Assembly: GCA_016788425.1 (NCBI GenBank) | Contig: JAEURQ010000003.1 | Location: forward strand, 29,282-93,281 | Length of the DNA stretch: 64,000 bases | Direction: 5' to 3' | From: Chthonomonas sp. | Lineage (GTDB): Bacteria; Armatimonadota; Fimbriimonadia; Fimbriimonadales; Fimbriimonadaceae | Shown: positions 51,419 through 61,587 of the stretch, in pieces | Position numbering within the stretch: position 1 is the stretch's first letter | Layout: each line of letters opens with the position of its first letter | The notes under the pieces: generated by a model | The model's input: the letters and a program-made list of their open reading frames with translations, nothing else | What the model was told of the DNA's origin: nothing | Databases searched by the model: none | Program-made: the position numbers and the translations under genes

Positions 51419-53872
51419 ATGCGACGCACTCTGCTTCATGCCCTCGCTTTGTTGCCCCTCTCGGTCGCCTATGCGCAAACCACGCCCGCCGAAAAGCCCG
51501 CCGAGAAAAAGGAAGACGATGCCTACTCCAAAGCCGTTAAGGACTATAAAGCCGACGACGGAATGTTTAAGGTTTGGCGCAAAGATGAGACTTTGCTGTT
51601 CGAAATCCCGAAGGACAAGATGGGCCGTGCCTACCTGTGGGTGGGCGAACTCAAGGGCACCGCGGGCGGCGGTTACAGCGGCTCAGCGGCGTTCGAGCAA
51701 CTCGTCTCGTGGGAAGTCCGCGGCGACAAGGTGCTGCTCCGCTCCAAGGTCGTCAACATCAAGTCGCGACCGGGCACGCCGCTCGAACTCGGCACGAAAA
51801 TTTCCAACCTCGATCCGATCATCGCGACCTTCGATATCAAGGCGACCAGCCCGAGCGGCGCGGTCGTCATCGATGCCTCACGACTCTTTAAGCAGAGTCC
51901 GCCGGAGTTTAGCTTCGCCGGTGCCACCGGTGGCGGCGGGATGGATGGCAGCCGCTCGTTCCTGGATCGCGCGCTCAGCTTCCCGGAGAACATCAACGTA
52001 GAAGTTCTTGCGACCTTCGCCGGTGGCGGCGGCGGTGGCGGGTCCAACCCGTTTTCGCGCGCCGTGGCGCGCCCCAGCAGCACCTACGTGCTGCACCACA
52101 GCATCGTGCTGCTGCCCGAAAAGCCAATGATGGGCCGCATTGCCGATAGCCGAGTTGGTTACTTCACCAACAGCTTTACGGACTACGATGCGCCCAACAC
52201 GCAAGGCGTCCGCCAGTACGAATACATCACGCGCTACCGCCTGGAAAAGAAGGACCCCAAGGCCGCGATGAGCGAGCCGGTCAAGCCGATTGTTTACTAT
52301 CTCGCGCCGGAAATTCCGACCGAGTGGCGAGAAGCCTGCCGGCAAGGCGTCCAGGATTGGAACGTCGCCTTTGAGGCCGCTGGCTTCAAGAACGCGGTCA
52401 TCTGCAAAGACGCGCCCAACGACCCCGAGTGGACGCCGGAAGACGCCCGCTACAGCGTGATTCGCTGGGCGGCGCTGCCGATTGCCAACGCCATGGGCCC
52501 GAGCGTCACCGACCCGCGCAGCGGCGAGATTCTCAACGCCCACATCATCATGTGGCACGATATTCTCAAGCTGCAGCAGGAGTGGTACTTCGCGCAAGCC
52601 TCGGCCAGCGACCCCCGCGCCCGCCGATTGCCGTTCCCGAACGACCTGATGCACGAGCTAGTGCGATTCGTCGTCGCGCACGAAGTTGGCCACACGTTTG
52701 GCTTGCCGCACAACGGTAAGAGCAGCGCGATGATCCCGACCGAGTGGCTCCGCGACGCGAAGTGGACCGCCGACAACGGCACCTGCACCTCGATCATGGA
52801 CTACGCCCGATTCAACTATGTGGCGCAACCCGAGGACAAGGCGACCATGATTCCGCGGATCGGCAAGTACGACAAGTTCTCGATCAAGTGGGGCTACATG
52901 CCGATTGACAGCGCGCGCACGCCGTGGGACGAGCGCCCCGCCTTGGACAACCTGGCCGCCGCGCAAGTGACCGACCCGACCCTGCGGTTCTACGACAACT
53001 TCAGCAGTTCGGACCCGACCGCGCAATCGGAGGCGCTGGGATCGGACGCGGTGATCGCCTCGACTTATGGCGTGGCCAACCTCAAGCGCATGGTCTCGTA
53101 CGTGCTCCCGATGACGACTCGCCTCGGCGAGGACAACTCGGAGACCGCCCGCATCCACGGCGCGCTCGTCGAGCAAATGGGCAACTATGTCGGCCACGTG
53201 ATGGCCGTTGTGGGCGGCCAAGAAGTGATTGACTGGCGCTCGGGTCGCGGTGGCGAAACCTTCAACCCGGTGAGCCCCGAATACCAACGCCGCGCCGCCA
53301 AGTGGCTCATGAGCAACTTGCTGACCGCGCCGACCTGGCTGACGCCGAAGAGCATCATGGGCAAAATCAGCAACGATGGCGGCTACAGCCTGCAAAACTC
53401 GTTCCAAGCGCGCGCCATCTCCGGCTTGCTGCAAGATGGTCGCCTCAATCGCATGGTGATCAACGAGATGCGAACCGGGCCGGGCGCGTATCGCGTGGCC
53501 GACCTGATGAGCGACCTCTCCGCCGAAGTCTGGCGCGAACTCGCCACGCCGGCGGCGGCCTCGACGCCATTCCGTCGTCAGGTGCAGCGCACCTTTGTCA
53601 ATACGCTGGTGCTTAAGCTCGGCGGCCCGCCCTCGGAAATCCGTTCCAACACCCGCGTGCAGCTTGAAGCCTCGCGCGATGCGCTCAATGCGGTGCTGCC
53701 GCGCGTGACCGACAAGGCGATGGCGGCTCACTACCGCGATCTGGTGAAGCAGATTACGTTTGGTCTGAACAACCCGGACAAGGTGGCTCCGGCGGTCACA
53801 ACCGCACCCGCCGCGTTCCCGGGACGCGTTCGACTGCGCTGTGGTTGCGATCTAGAGCAAGCGTCGGAATAA
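51419..53872 (+). CDS. Secreted zinc-dependent metalloprotease (large DUF4953/DUF5117-type)
   Basis: Signal peptide LLHALALLPLSVAYA and VVAHEVGHTFGLPHN. Confidence 0.85.
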   Translation: MRRTLLHALALLPLSVAYAQTTPAEKPAEKKEDDAYSKAVKDYKADDGMFKVWRKDETLLFEIPKDKMGRAYLWVGELKGTAGGGYSGSAAFEQLVSWEVRGDKVLLRSKVVNIKSRPGTPLELGTKISNLDPIIATFDIKATSPSGAVVIDASRLFKQSPPEFSFAGATGGGGMDGSRSFLDRALSFPENINVEVLATFAGGGGGGGSNPFSRAVARPSSTYVLHHSIVLLPEKPMMGRIADSRVGYFTNSFTDYDAPNTQGVRQYEYITRYRLEKKDPKAAMSEPVKPIVYYLAPEIPTEWREACRQGVQDWNVAFEAAGFKNAVICKDAPNDPEWTPEDARYSVIRWAALPIANAMGPSVTDPRSGEILNAHIIMWHDILKLQQEWYFAQASASDPRARRLPFPNDLMHELVRFVVAHEVGHTFGLPHNGKSSAMIPTEWLRDAKWTADNGTCTSIMDYARFNYVAQPEDKATMIPRIGKYDKFSIKWGYMPIDSARTPWDERPALDNLAAAQVTDPTLRFYDNFSSSDPTAQSEALGSDAVIASTYGVANLKRMVSYVLPMTTRLGEDNSETARIHGALVEQMGNYVGHVMAVVGGQEVIDWRSGRGGETFNPVSPEYQRRAAKWLMSNLLTAPTWLTPKSIMGKISNDGGYSLQNSFQARAISGLLQDGRLNRMVINEMRTGPGAYRVADLMSDLSAEVWRELATPAAASTPFRRQVQRTFVNTLVLKLGGPPSEIRSNTRVQLEASRDALNAVLPRVTDKAMAAHYRDLVKQITFGLNNPDKVAPAVTTAPAAFPGRVRLRCGCDLEQASE

Positions 53873-54775
53873 GCCCTTGGGCAGATAGGTGGCTAGCCAC
53901 CGAACTCGGCTCCGCCAGCGACTTGGTTGCCGGCGGAGCGATTCTTTGTAAGCTCGGCGGCCGCCCGACGGATCGCCGTTGAGGGTGCGCACGGTGCCCA
54001 GGCAGGCCCAGTTGTGGGCGAGCGCTAGGTTGAGCGTAGCCTCGTCCAGGCCCATGCTCTCGTAGAGCCCGGTCTGGTCGAGAATGCGCTCGCGGAGCAT
54101 CTGGTCGTCGCGCCAAATGCGGTCAAGCTTCTTGCTGGCGTTGTTTTCGTGCCAGCGATAGTTGGTCAGCTTGTCATTGCAAAAGCCGATGTCCCAATGC
54201 TCGGCGATGCGCAACCACATGTCCCAGTCGCCGCTGCCAAAGTAGGCCGGATTGAATTCGCCGCACTGCTCAAAGCATTCGCGCCGGACCAGCACCGCCG
54301 AGGCGATGATCTTGTTGGCGTAGATCAGCGGGATGATTCCCTTGTCGGTTTGCGAGCGCGGGAAGTCGAATCCCAGCGGCGTGCCGGGCAAGGTCTCGCC
54401 GAGCGCCCCGATGAAGTCGCCGTTGGTATGCACGAGTCCCACGCGCGGCTCGGCCGCCAGCAGGTTCAGCTGCTGCTCAAGCTTGGTCGGCATCCACTCG
54501 TCGTCGTCGTTAAGAATCGCAATGAACTCGCCGTTGGCCAGCGCCAAACCTCGGTTGAGCGATCCGTACGTGCCGAGATTTTGGGCGTTGAACTCGAGGT
54601 GCCAGTCGGGACAGTTGGCGCGGAGCCAGTCGCGGGTGCCGTCGGTCGAGCCATCGTCCAGGCAGATGACCTCAAAGTCGATCATGGTCTGCGCGCGAAT
54701 GCTCTCCACCGCCACCGGCAGGTACGCCAAGTGGTTGTAGCACGTGAGCAAAACGCTAACTTTTGGCACGACCAT
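53852..54775 (-). CDS. Family 2 glycosyltransferase
   Basis: VSVLLTCYNHLAYLPVAVESIRAQT..FEVICLDDGSTDGT..ILNDDDEW. Confidence 0.85.
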   Translation of the reverse strand: MVVPKVSVLLTCYNHLAYLPVAVESIRAQTMIDFEVICLDDGSTDGTRDWLRANCPDWHLEFNAQNLGTYGSLNRGLALANGEFIAILNDDDEWMPTKLEQQLNLLAAEPRVGLVHTNGDFIGALGETLPGTPLGFDFPRSQTDKGIIPLIYANKIIASAVLVRRECFEQCGEFNPAYFGSGDWDMWLRIAEHWDIGFCNDKLTNYRWHENNASKKLDRIWRDDQMLRERILDQTGLYESMGLDEATLNLALAHNWACLGTVRTLNGDPSGGRRAYKESLRRQPSRWRSRVRWLATYLPKGLFRRLL

Positions 54776-54815
54776 GATTGTGGCACGCGCGTAGGAAGGG
54801 GTAGGTTAGAACAAC

Positions 54816-55778
54816 ATGAGCCACACCGATCTGTCTCGTCGCGCCGTACTAGGGTTGGGCCTTGCCGCCCCCCTGATGCCTCGTTTCGCGCTTGCCGCTG
54901 AGCCGCAAGCCAATACTTCGGTGCCCGCCGTGGCGGTCACTCGCACCACCCAGTTTGGCGAGTACACCATCACCACCGTGCAAGACGCCGCCATGCGCAT
55001 GAGCGTCGAGCAGTCGCCGTTCGCGGCCAAGACCAAGCCCGAAGAACTGCGCAAGATTTTGGCCGCCAACAAACTGCGCACCGACCAAGTGGGGCTCGAC
55101 GTGAACGTGCTGATCATGCAGAAGGGGAAAGACGTTCTGCTCATTGATGGCGGTACGGGCCAAAAGCTCATGCCTGCGCTGGCCCAGCTGGGCATTAAGC
55201 CCGAAATGGTGGGCGCAATCGCCCTGACGCACGCCCATGGCGACCACTACAACGGCTTGCTCAAGGATGGCAAGTCGGCGTTCCCGAACGCCACAATCTT
55301 CGTGCCCGAAGCCGAATACGCCTTTTGGACCGCCGCGCAGCCGGAGATGCCCAAGAGCATGATGGACGTGAACGACCGCCGAGGCGTGATCGCCGGGGCC
55401 CAAAGCTGCTTCAACATCCTGAAGCCGCAAATCCGCACGATTGCGGGCGACAAGGAATGGGGCACAGGCATTGCGTTCATGCCGATGCCCGGCCACACTC
55501 CGGGCCACGCCGGGGTGCGGATCAGCTCGGGTAAGGAGACCATGATTCACTGGGCCGACCTTTGCCATCACGCCGCGATCATCGTGCAAAACCCGAACAT
55601 TCAGGTGAAGTTCGACACCGATCCCGTGGCGTCGGCCGACATGCGCCGCAAGATGTTCGACCAGTTCGCGAAGGAAGGCTATCGCATCATGGGCTCGCAC
55701 ATGCCGTTCCCCGGATTTGGGCGCATCCTCAAGTCCGGCAAGAGTTTCCGTTGGGAAATTGAACCCTGGGTTCAGTAA
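54816..55778 (+). CDS. Exported MBL-fold metallo-hydrolase (Tat-type signal)
   Basis: SRRAVLGLGLAAPLMPRFALA; LTHAHGDHYNG; GHTPGH. Confidence 0.85.
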   Translation: MSHTDLSRRAVLGLGLAAPLMPRFALAAEPQANTSVPAVAVTRTTQFGEYTITTVQDAAMRMSVEQSPFAAKTKPEELRKILAANKLRTDQVGLDVNVLIMQKGKDVLLIDGGTGQKLMPALAQLGIKPEMVGAIALTHAHGDHYNGLLKDGKSAFPNATIFVPEAEYAFWTAAQPEMPKSMMDVNDRRGVIAGAQSCFNILKPQIRTIAGDKEWGTGIAFMPMPGHTPGHAGVRISSGKETMIHWADLCHHAAIIVQNPNIQVKFDTDPVASADMRRKMFDQFAKEGYRIMGSHMPFPGFGRILKSGKSFRWEIEPWVQ

Positions 55779-55786
55779 CAAACCAA

Positions 55787-55827
55787 ACAAGCCCTGGCAA
55801 CCAACTTGCCAGGGCTTGTGTTTTTCT
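55787..55827. terminator. Strong hairpin between convergent MBL and pilC genes (bidirectional terminator)
   Basis: ACAAGCCCTGGCAA-ccaac-TTGCCAGGGCTTGT followed by GTTTTTCT on the plus strand. The minus strand is followed by TTTGGTTTG. Confidence 0.85.
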
Positions 55828-55839
55828 CCTAAAGACGAC

Positions 55840-57066
55840 TTAGGTGTCGTTACCCTGCGAGAGACCTTCGATAACCTTAATCAGCGGCAAGAACATCGCG
55901 ATAACGATGAAGCCGACGATAAAGCCAAGGACAACGATCATGATCGGTTCAAGCGCCGCGGTGAGCGAGGCCAGCGTGGCTTCCACTTCGCTTTCGTAGA
56001 AGTCGGCGATCTTTTGCAGCATGAAGTCGAGCGAGCCCGACTCTTCGCCGACCGCGATCATGTGCACGACCATCGGCGGGAACAAGCGCGAGGCTTCGAG
56101 CGGGTCGCCGATGCGGTCCCCTTCCCGAATCCGGGCGCGGGCTTCCAGCACGGCGTCCGACATAATCGAGTTGCCGATCGTCCCGGCCACGGTTTCCATG
56201 GCCTGCAGAATCGGAACCCCCGAAGTGAGCAGCGTGCCCATGGTGCGGCTAAAGCGCGCCATACAAATCTTGTGGTGCAGCTTGCCGAACACGGGCACTC
56301 TGAGCTTGCCCTTATCCGCGACGCGTCTCCCGAACCGGGTGCCCACAAAGAGCTTCCAGGCGAAGACAAACGCCGAAACAGAAATGATCAGGATCAGCCA
56401 GTTTTTCTTGAACACTTCCGAAAGGTCGATGAGGAATTTCGTCATCGCCGGGAAGTCGTCGGCCTTGAGGCCGATATCCAAGAAGAGCTGAGCGAACTGC
56501 GGCACAACCCAGCTGACCAAGAAGATGACGATGCCGGTGGCGGCGATCAAAACGAGGACCGGATAAGTGAGCGCCGATTTGACCTTGCGGCGCAGGGCGA
56601 CGTCGCCTTCCAAGAACGCGGAGAGTCGTTGCAGGGATTCCTCCAAAACCCCGCCGACTTCACCGGCGCGGATCAAACCGATGAACAGGTTGTTGAACGC
56701 GCGCGGGTGGCGTTGCATGGCGCGGGAAAGGCTTTCCCCACCTTCGACCCGTTGCCCGAGGTCAATGAGGATGCGCTTGAGCTTGGGGTCTTGCGATTGC
56801 CGACTCAAAACGTCCAGACAGCGGACGAGCGAGACGCCCGCGTCAACCATCGTGGAGAACTGACGACAGAAGACCGCGAGGTTGGACAGCTTGACCTTGC
56901 CCGACTTGGGGCCACGAGTCTTGCCGGCCTTGATGACCGTGACTTCCGTGATGGTAAAGCCTTGTTCCTCGAAGCGCTTTCTTAGTAGCTCTTCGCTTTC
57001 GGCCTCGGCCGTCCCCTTTTGGATCGAGCCGCTGGCATCCTTAAACGTGTAACCGTAAACTGGCAT
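55840..57066 (-). CDS. pilC: Type IV pilus platform protein PilC (GspF family)
   Basis: Two GspF repeats, 3 TM segments, and operon position after pilB-pilT. Confidence 0.9.
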   Translation of the reverse strand: MPVYGYTFKDASGSIQKGTAEAESEELLRKRFEEQGFTITEVTVIKAGKTRGPKSGKVKLSNLAVFCRQFSTMVDAGVSLVRCLDVLSRQSQDPKLKRILIDLGQRVEGGESLSRAMQRHPRAFNNLFIGLIRAGEVGGVLEESLQRLSAFLEGDVALRRKVKSALTYPVLVLIAATGIVIFLVSWVVPQFAQLFLDIGLKADDFPAMTKFLIDLSEVFKKNWLILIISVSAFVFAWKLFVGTRFGRRVADKGKLRVPVFGKLHHKICMARFSRTMGTLLTSGVPILQAMETVAGTIGNSIMSDAVLEARARIREGDRIGDPLEASRLFPPMVVHMIAVGEESGSLDFMLQKIADFYESEVEATLASLTAALEPIMIVVLGFIVGFIVIAMFLPLIKVIEGLSQGNDT

Positions 57067-57083
57067 GTCGTTCTATCTCTCTA

Positions 57084-58346
57084 TTATCTTCGGGGCGGAG
57101 GTCCGCCAGTTGGAGCACCTGGGCCGCCTTGGCCGGTGTTGATCATCTTCTTAAGCTCATCAATCTGCACGGCACGGCTAAGCGCTTCGTCCAGGGTGAT
57201 GATGCCCTTGAGGTAAAGGTCACGCAAACATTGGTCCATCGTGAACATGCCCAGCGAGGCGCTGGTTTGGATACTTGAAGGAATTTGGTGGGTCTTCCCT
57301 TCGCGAATCAGGTTCTTGATGGCGGGGCTGGCAATCATGACTTCGTTGGCCGGAATACGTCCCGGACCCGTGGCCCGCGGACATAGTTGTTGGGCGACGA
57401 TGGCCACGATATTGTTCGCCAGCTGAACACGGATTTGCTCCTGTTGGCTGGGCGGGAACACGTCAACGATCCGGTCAATGGACTCGGCGGCGTTGTTGGT
57501 GTGGAGCGTAGCAAAGACCAAGTGGCCGGTTTCCGCGGCGGTGATGGCCAGGGCGATCGTTTCGACGTCCCGCATTTCACCGACGAGTAGCACGTCCGGG
57601 TCTTCCCGGAGACAGGCGCGCAGAGCGTTGTTAAAGCTCTTGGTGTCAGCGCCAAGTTCGCGCTGATTCACCAGGCCCATCTTGTGCTGGTGCAGATATT
57701 CAATCGGGTCCTCAATCGTAATGATGTGGACCGGGCGATTGATGTTGATGTAGTTGATCATCGCCGCCAGCGAAGTGGACTTACCGGAACCGGTCGGGCC
57801 GGTGACGAGCACGAGGCCGCGCGGCTTATCGGTAATGGTCTCCAGGATCGGCGGGAGGTGCAGATCGCGAACCGTCGGAATCTTGCTCTGAATCAAGCGG
57901 AAAGCGGCGGCCACGGCCCCACGATCGCGGTAAAGGTTCACACGGAAGCGGGCGCGTCCCCGAGGCAGCGAATACGAAAAGTCAAGTTCGCAGGTCGTTT
58001 CGAAGCGCTGAATGTTTTCGTCCGAAATGATCTCGTACATCATGCGCTGGGTTTGCACCGCGCTGAACACTTCGTAGTTCAGACGCTTAAGCGTCCCGTC
58101 TTCGCGGATGATCGGCTCCGAACCGGCGCAGATGTGAAGGTCCGAGTTATTGCGATCAACAACGATGTTGAGGAGCTCGTCTATGTGGAGGTCTTCCAGC
58201 GACTTCGGCGGGCCGGTCCGATCAACAATCGGCGGACGACCGTCGCTGATGACGTCGTTGCCCGGTGCCTGGGGTTGGCCAATTTGAGGCGGCGCGGTCA
58301 TGCCCATTCCAGCGGGCGGCGGTACAGGATTGTTCGATTGTTGCAT
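57084..58346 (-). CDS. pilT: Type IV pilus retraction ATPase PilT, with Pro/Gly-rich terminal extensions
   Basis: Walker A GPTGSGKST; GEMRD..T; ATLHTNNAA; AIKNLIREGK (PilT signature). Confidence 0.9.
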   Translation of the reverse strand: MQQSNNPVPPPAGMGMTAPPQIGQPQAPGNDVISDGRPPIVDRTGPPKSLEDLHIDELLNIVVDRNNSDLHICAGSEPIIREDGTLKRLNYEVFSAVQTQRMMYEIISDENIQRFETTCELDFSYSLPRGRARFRVNLYRDRGAVAAAFRLIQSKIPTVRDLHLPPILETITDKPRGLVLVTGPTGSGKSTSLAAMINYININRPVHIITIEDPIEYLHQHKMGLVNQRELGADTKSFNNALRACLREDPDVLLVGEMRDVETIALAITAAETGHLVFATLHTNNAAESIDRIVDVFPPSQQEQIRVQLANNIVAIVAQQLCPRATGPGRIPANEVMIASPAIKNLIREGKTHQIPSSIQTSASLGMFTMDQCLRDLYLKGIITLDEALSRAVQIDELKKMINTGQGGPGAPTGGPPPRR

Positions 58347-58376
58347 CAGTTCAGTTTAGTTTCAAGTTGAGTTTGT

Positions 58377-60158
58377 TTAGAAGCCGGCGGTGAAGACAAC
58401 GCGCATGACTTCGTCGGGGGTCGTGACGCCTTGGAGGACCTTGGCGACGCCATCTTCGCGGAGTTCCTTCATGCCGTTGGCCTTGGCCGCGGCCTTGATA
58501 TCGGCGAGCGGGGCGCGGCGCACGATCAGCTCGGCGGTTTCGCCGTTGATGACCATAAGTTCGTGAATCCCCGATCGGCCCTTGTAGCCGGTCATTCGGT
58601 TGCTTTCGGCAGGCACGCCGCGGTACAGCGTCACTTCTCCATCGGGATCGGTGACATCAAAGCCAAATCGGCGCAGGTCAATCTGCTTGACGACGTACGG
58701 TTCCTTGTTGTCCTGGTCAATGCGTCGCGCCAGTCGTTGGGCGAGAATCCCGATGACGGTCGCGGCGATGAGGTAAGGCTCGACGCCCATGTCCACCATA
58801 CGAAGGGTGGCCGACGGAGCGTCGTTCGTGTGAAGCGTGGACAAGACCAAGTGGCCCGTAAGCGAGGATTCGATCGCGATTTCCGCGGTTTCCAAGTCAC
58901 GCATTTCACCGACCATGATGATGTCAGGGTCTTGTCGGAGGAAGGCGCGCAGAGCGGTCGAGAAGGTCAGACCCGCCTTTCGGTTCATTTGAACCTGGGC
59001 GATCCCGCCAATTTGGTACTCCACGGGGTCTTCGGCGGTCACGATGTTGACGCCAACCGTGTTCAGTTTGTTGAGGACCGAGTACAGGGTCGTCGTTTTC
59101 CCGGAACCCGTCGGGCCGGTACAAAGGAACATGCCGTTCGGCTGGGAACAAAGCTCTTCGATCTTGGCTTGGTTCTCGGGCAAGAAGCCGAGTTTTTCCA
59201 AACCGATTTGGGTGCTGGACTTGTCCAGAACCCGCATAACGACTTTTTCGCCAAACGGAGTGGGGATCGTGCTGACGCGGAGATCGTACTCCTTGCCGGC
59301 GTTTCGAACTTCGATACGACCGTCTTGCGGAACGCGTCGCTCGGCGATGTTCATGTCGGCCATGATCTTGAGACGCGAGATGAGCGGTGCCTGGAGATTC
59401 TTAGGCACGGTCATGGCTTCCATCAAAACCCCGTCAATGCGGTAGCGAACGCGGACCCCGCGTTGCTGCGGCTCGACGTGGACGTCCGAGCCTCGGTCTA
59501 CGATGGCTTGTTGAATGAGGGCGTTGGCCAATTTGATAATCGGCGCGGCCTCGGCCATCTTTTCGGACTCGCTGTCCGAAGTGGGGTCGCCATCGGTTTC
59601 CGAGCCACGGTTGACGCCGGCTTCGGCCATGAGCTTGCGCATGTCCATGCTCGTGGCGTCTTTGTCGGCGGGCGCCGCCGCGGGCGTGGGGGCGGCGGCC
59701 GGTGTGGCGTTTTGCGCCATCGAGCCGCTGTAATACTTTCGCAGGGCGTCTTCGATTGCGCCGGGAACGGCGACCACCGGTAAGACCCGACAACCCGAGG
59801 AGGCAGTGACGTCGTCAATCGCCTGCAGGTTGTTGATATTGGCCATCGCCAGGTAAAGCGTCGTGCCATCTTTACGCACCGGCACCACACTGTGGAGCTT
59901 CGCCAGGCGCTCGGGCACCGAGGCAATGGTCGAGCTATCAACGCTGACCTTATCCAGGTCGGCAAACGGAATGCCGCGCTCTTGAGCTTGGGCTTCCAGA
60001 ATGTGGCGCTCGGCGGCAAACCCTAACGTCAGGACCACGCGGCCCAAATCGGTTTGGTTGGTTTGCTTGGCGACGGTCATCGCCTCTTGCACTTGCGCTT
60101 CCGTGATGTAGCCCTTTTGCTGCAGATACTGCAAAAACGGCATTCGCGGCGCTGCCAC
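58377..60158 (-). CDS. pilB: Type IV pilus assembly ATPase PilB (GspE family)
   Basis: N-terminal MshEN-type domain, Walker A GPTGSGKTT, GEMRDLETA, STLHTNDA. Confidence 0.9.
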   Translation of the reverse strand: MAAPRMPFLQYLQQKGYITEAQVQEAMTVAKQTNQTDLGRVVLTLGFAAERHILEAQAQERGIPFADLDKVSVDSSTIASVPERLAKLHSVVPVRKDGTTLYLAMANINNLQAIDDVTASSGCRVLPVVAVPGAIEDALRKYYSGSMAQNATPAAAPTPAAAPADKDATSMDMRKLMAEAGVNRGSETDGDPTSDSESEKMAEAAPIIKLANALIQQAIVDRGSDVHVEPQQRGVRVRYRIDGVLMEAMTVPKNLQAPLISRLKIMADMNIAERRVPQDGRIEVRNAGKEYDLRVSTIPTPFGEKVVMRVLDKSSTQIGLEKLGFLPENQAKIEELCSQPNGMFLCTGPTGSGKTTTLYSVLNKLNTVGVNIVTAEDPVEYQIGGIAQVQMNRKAGLTFSTALRAFLRQDPDIIMVGEMRDLETAEIAIESSLTGHLVLSTLHTNDAPSATLRMVDMGVEPYLIAATVIGILAQRLARRIDQDNKEPYVVKQIDLRRFGFDVTDPDGEVTLYRGVPAESNRMTGYKGRSGIHELMVINGETAELIVRRAPLADIKAAAKANGMKELREDGVAKVLQGVTTPDEVMRVVFTAGF

Positions 60159-60342
60159 TAGCTCTTAACCCCACTCAAGAAAGTCCCGGCCACCACTAAT
60201 CCCATGATCATGAAGTCAACGTCATCCCATCTGAAATGGGAATTCCCAAACAGATTTTCGCATTTTAGACCGAACTGAGAAATTTCGTCCAGACTGCCTG
60301 CATGGTGGGACGAGGAAAATCCTTCTAAACGTTCAGAAAAAA

Positions 60343-61584
60343 CTAGCGATCGATCGGAAAACCATTCGGATCGAAGTTGGGATCCAGGTTTGGCCCCGGA
60401 GAATAGCTGACGCTCCTGGCGTTTTTACGGGCCTGATCCTGCGCCACAAAGAACGCAATGGTCCCCACCAGAATGAGTGCGAGAAGCACCGCAATAAGCA
60501 CCTTCCAGAAGCTCACGGGGGCTTCGCCCTGCACTTCCCCAGTTTGCCCGTTGACCACAATCCGGAACGGCTTGCCCCGATAGCGGTAGCCGCCCGTGTA
60601 GACCGGCAGCAGAATGTGCTTGAACGAATTGTTGTTGTAATCGGTGGATTTGCTCAGCACGCGCTGCTCGTCGCCGCCGATGTCGTAGCGGATGGCCTCA
60701 TAGATATGGGGTTCCATCGCCTCGCGGGCGCGCTCCCAGCCCATCGGCAGGTCCACGTCGTAGCGCAAGGCTTGGAACCCGACGAGAAAACTTGATTGGT
60801 AGGGCGTGATCTCGCGGAGTTGCCATGTGCTGAGCAGCTGCGAGTAGCGCGCGTCGGTCATGTTCGGGTCTCGCTTCTCGCCCTCGCGAGCCGGAGCTTG
60901 CCCGACCGTCCGCGCGGCCAGCACCAGCACGTCGTCGAAGCCCACGTCTACCACGCCGGTGGCCGGATACCAGTGCGTGCGCATCACTTGGCGGGTCTGC
61001 GAGTTGCCCTCGCTGTCGGTGTAAGACTCGGTTTCCCAGTAGTGCTCGCCGCGCATGCCCGAGTAGCTGCTCGTGGTTTGCGAATCGAACGTCCAAAACG
61101 GCACGTAAAAGCCGCGCAATTTGCCTTCGCGAAGCGCAAGCTTCCGCAGGTCGTTGGGCGCCCAGAACCGCGAGCCAAGCCATTTTTGCACGCTCGCCCG
61201 GCTTTGCAACTCGGTGATTTGGAACGGCATGACGCCTTGCGGTTTGATGCGCACAAGGGGCGTGTTCTCCACCACCACCTTGCTCCCGCAGAACGGACAT
61301 TCGTCGGATTGCTTTTTCTCGGGGACGCTGAACTCAGCGCCGCATCCGCGGCAGCGCAGGGATTGGCCGACGTTGTCAACGTACTCCTGCTCCAAGCGCC
61401 CCATCTCGAAGAAGTGCTCCAGCGGCATCTCTTCGATGGCCGAAACTTCGACGCGAATGGCCTGCTCATGCCCGCAGTAGGGGCACTTCAGGTTTGTGGA
61501 GCCGGGCTTGAATTCAAGATCGGCCCCACATTGTTGGCACTTATAGTGTTCGACCTGCGCCGAATCCGCAACCGTGGATGACAC
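60343..61584 (-). CDS. Double zinc-ribbon, C-terminally membrane-anchored protein (YdjG-like?)
   Basis: Two CxxC...CxxC units: CQQCGADLEF..CPYCGHE and CRGCGAEFSV..CPFCGS. One TM helix lies near the C-terminus (FWKVLIAVLLALILVGTIAFFV). It starts 4 nt downstream of the SPFH gene. Confidence 0.7.
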   Translation of the reverse strand: MSSTVADSAQVEHYKCQQCGADLEFKPGSTNLKCPYCGHEQAIRVEVSAIEEMPLEHFFEMGRLEQEYVDNVGQSLRCRGCGAEFSVPEKKQSDECPFCGSKVVVENTPLVRIKPQGVMPFQITELQSRASVQKWLGSRFWAPNDLRKLALREGKLRGFYVPFWTFDSQTTSSYSGMRGEHYWETESYTDSEGNSQTRQVMRTHWYPATGVVDVGFDDVLVLAARTVGQAPAREGEKRDPNMTDARYSQLLSTWQLREITPYQSSFLVGFQALRYDVDLPMGWERAREAMEPHIYEAIRYDIGGDEQRVLSKSTDYNNNSFKHILLPVYTGGYRYRGKPFRIVVNGQTGEVQGEAPVSFWKVLIAVLLALILVGTIAFFVAQDQARKNARSVSYSPGPNLDPNFDPNGFPIDR

Positions 61585-61587
61585 CGT

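Noticed and set aside
55717-56985. 422-aa plus-strand ORF opposite pilC, and similarly 61594-63081 opposite the SPFH and M42 genes
   Set aside because: The opposite-strand genes carry strong family signatures. These are GC-driven shadow ORFs.
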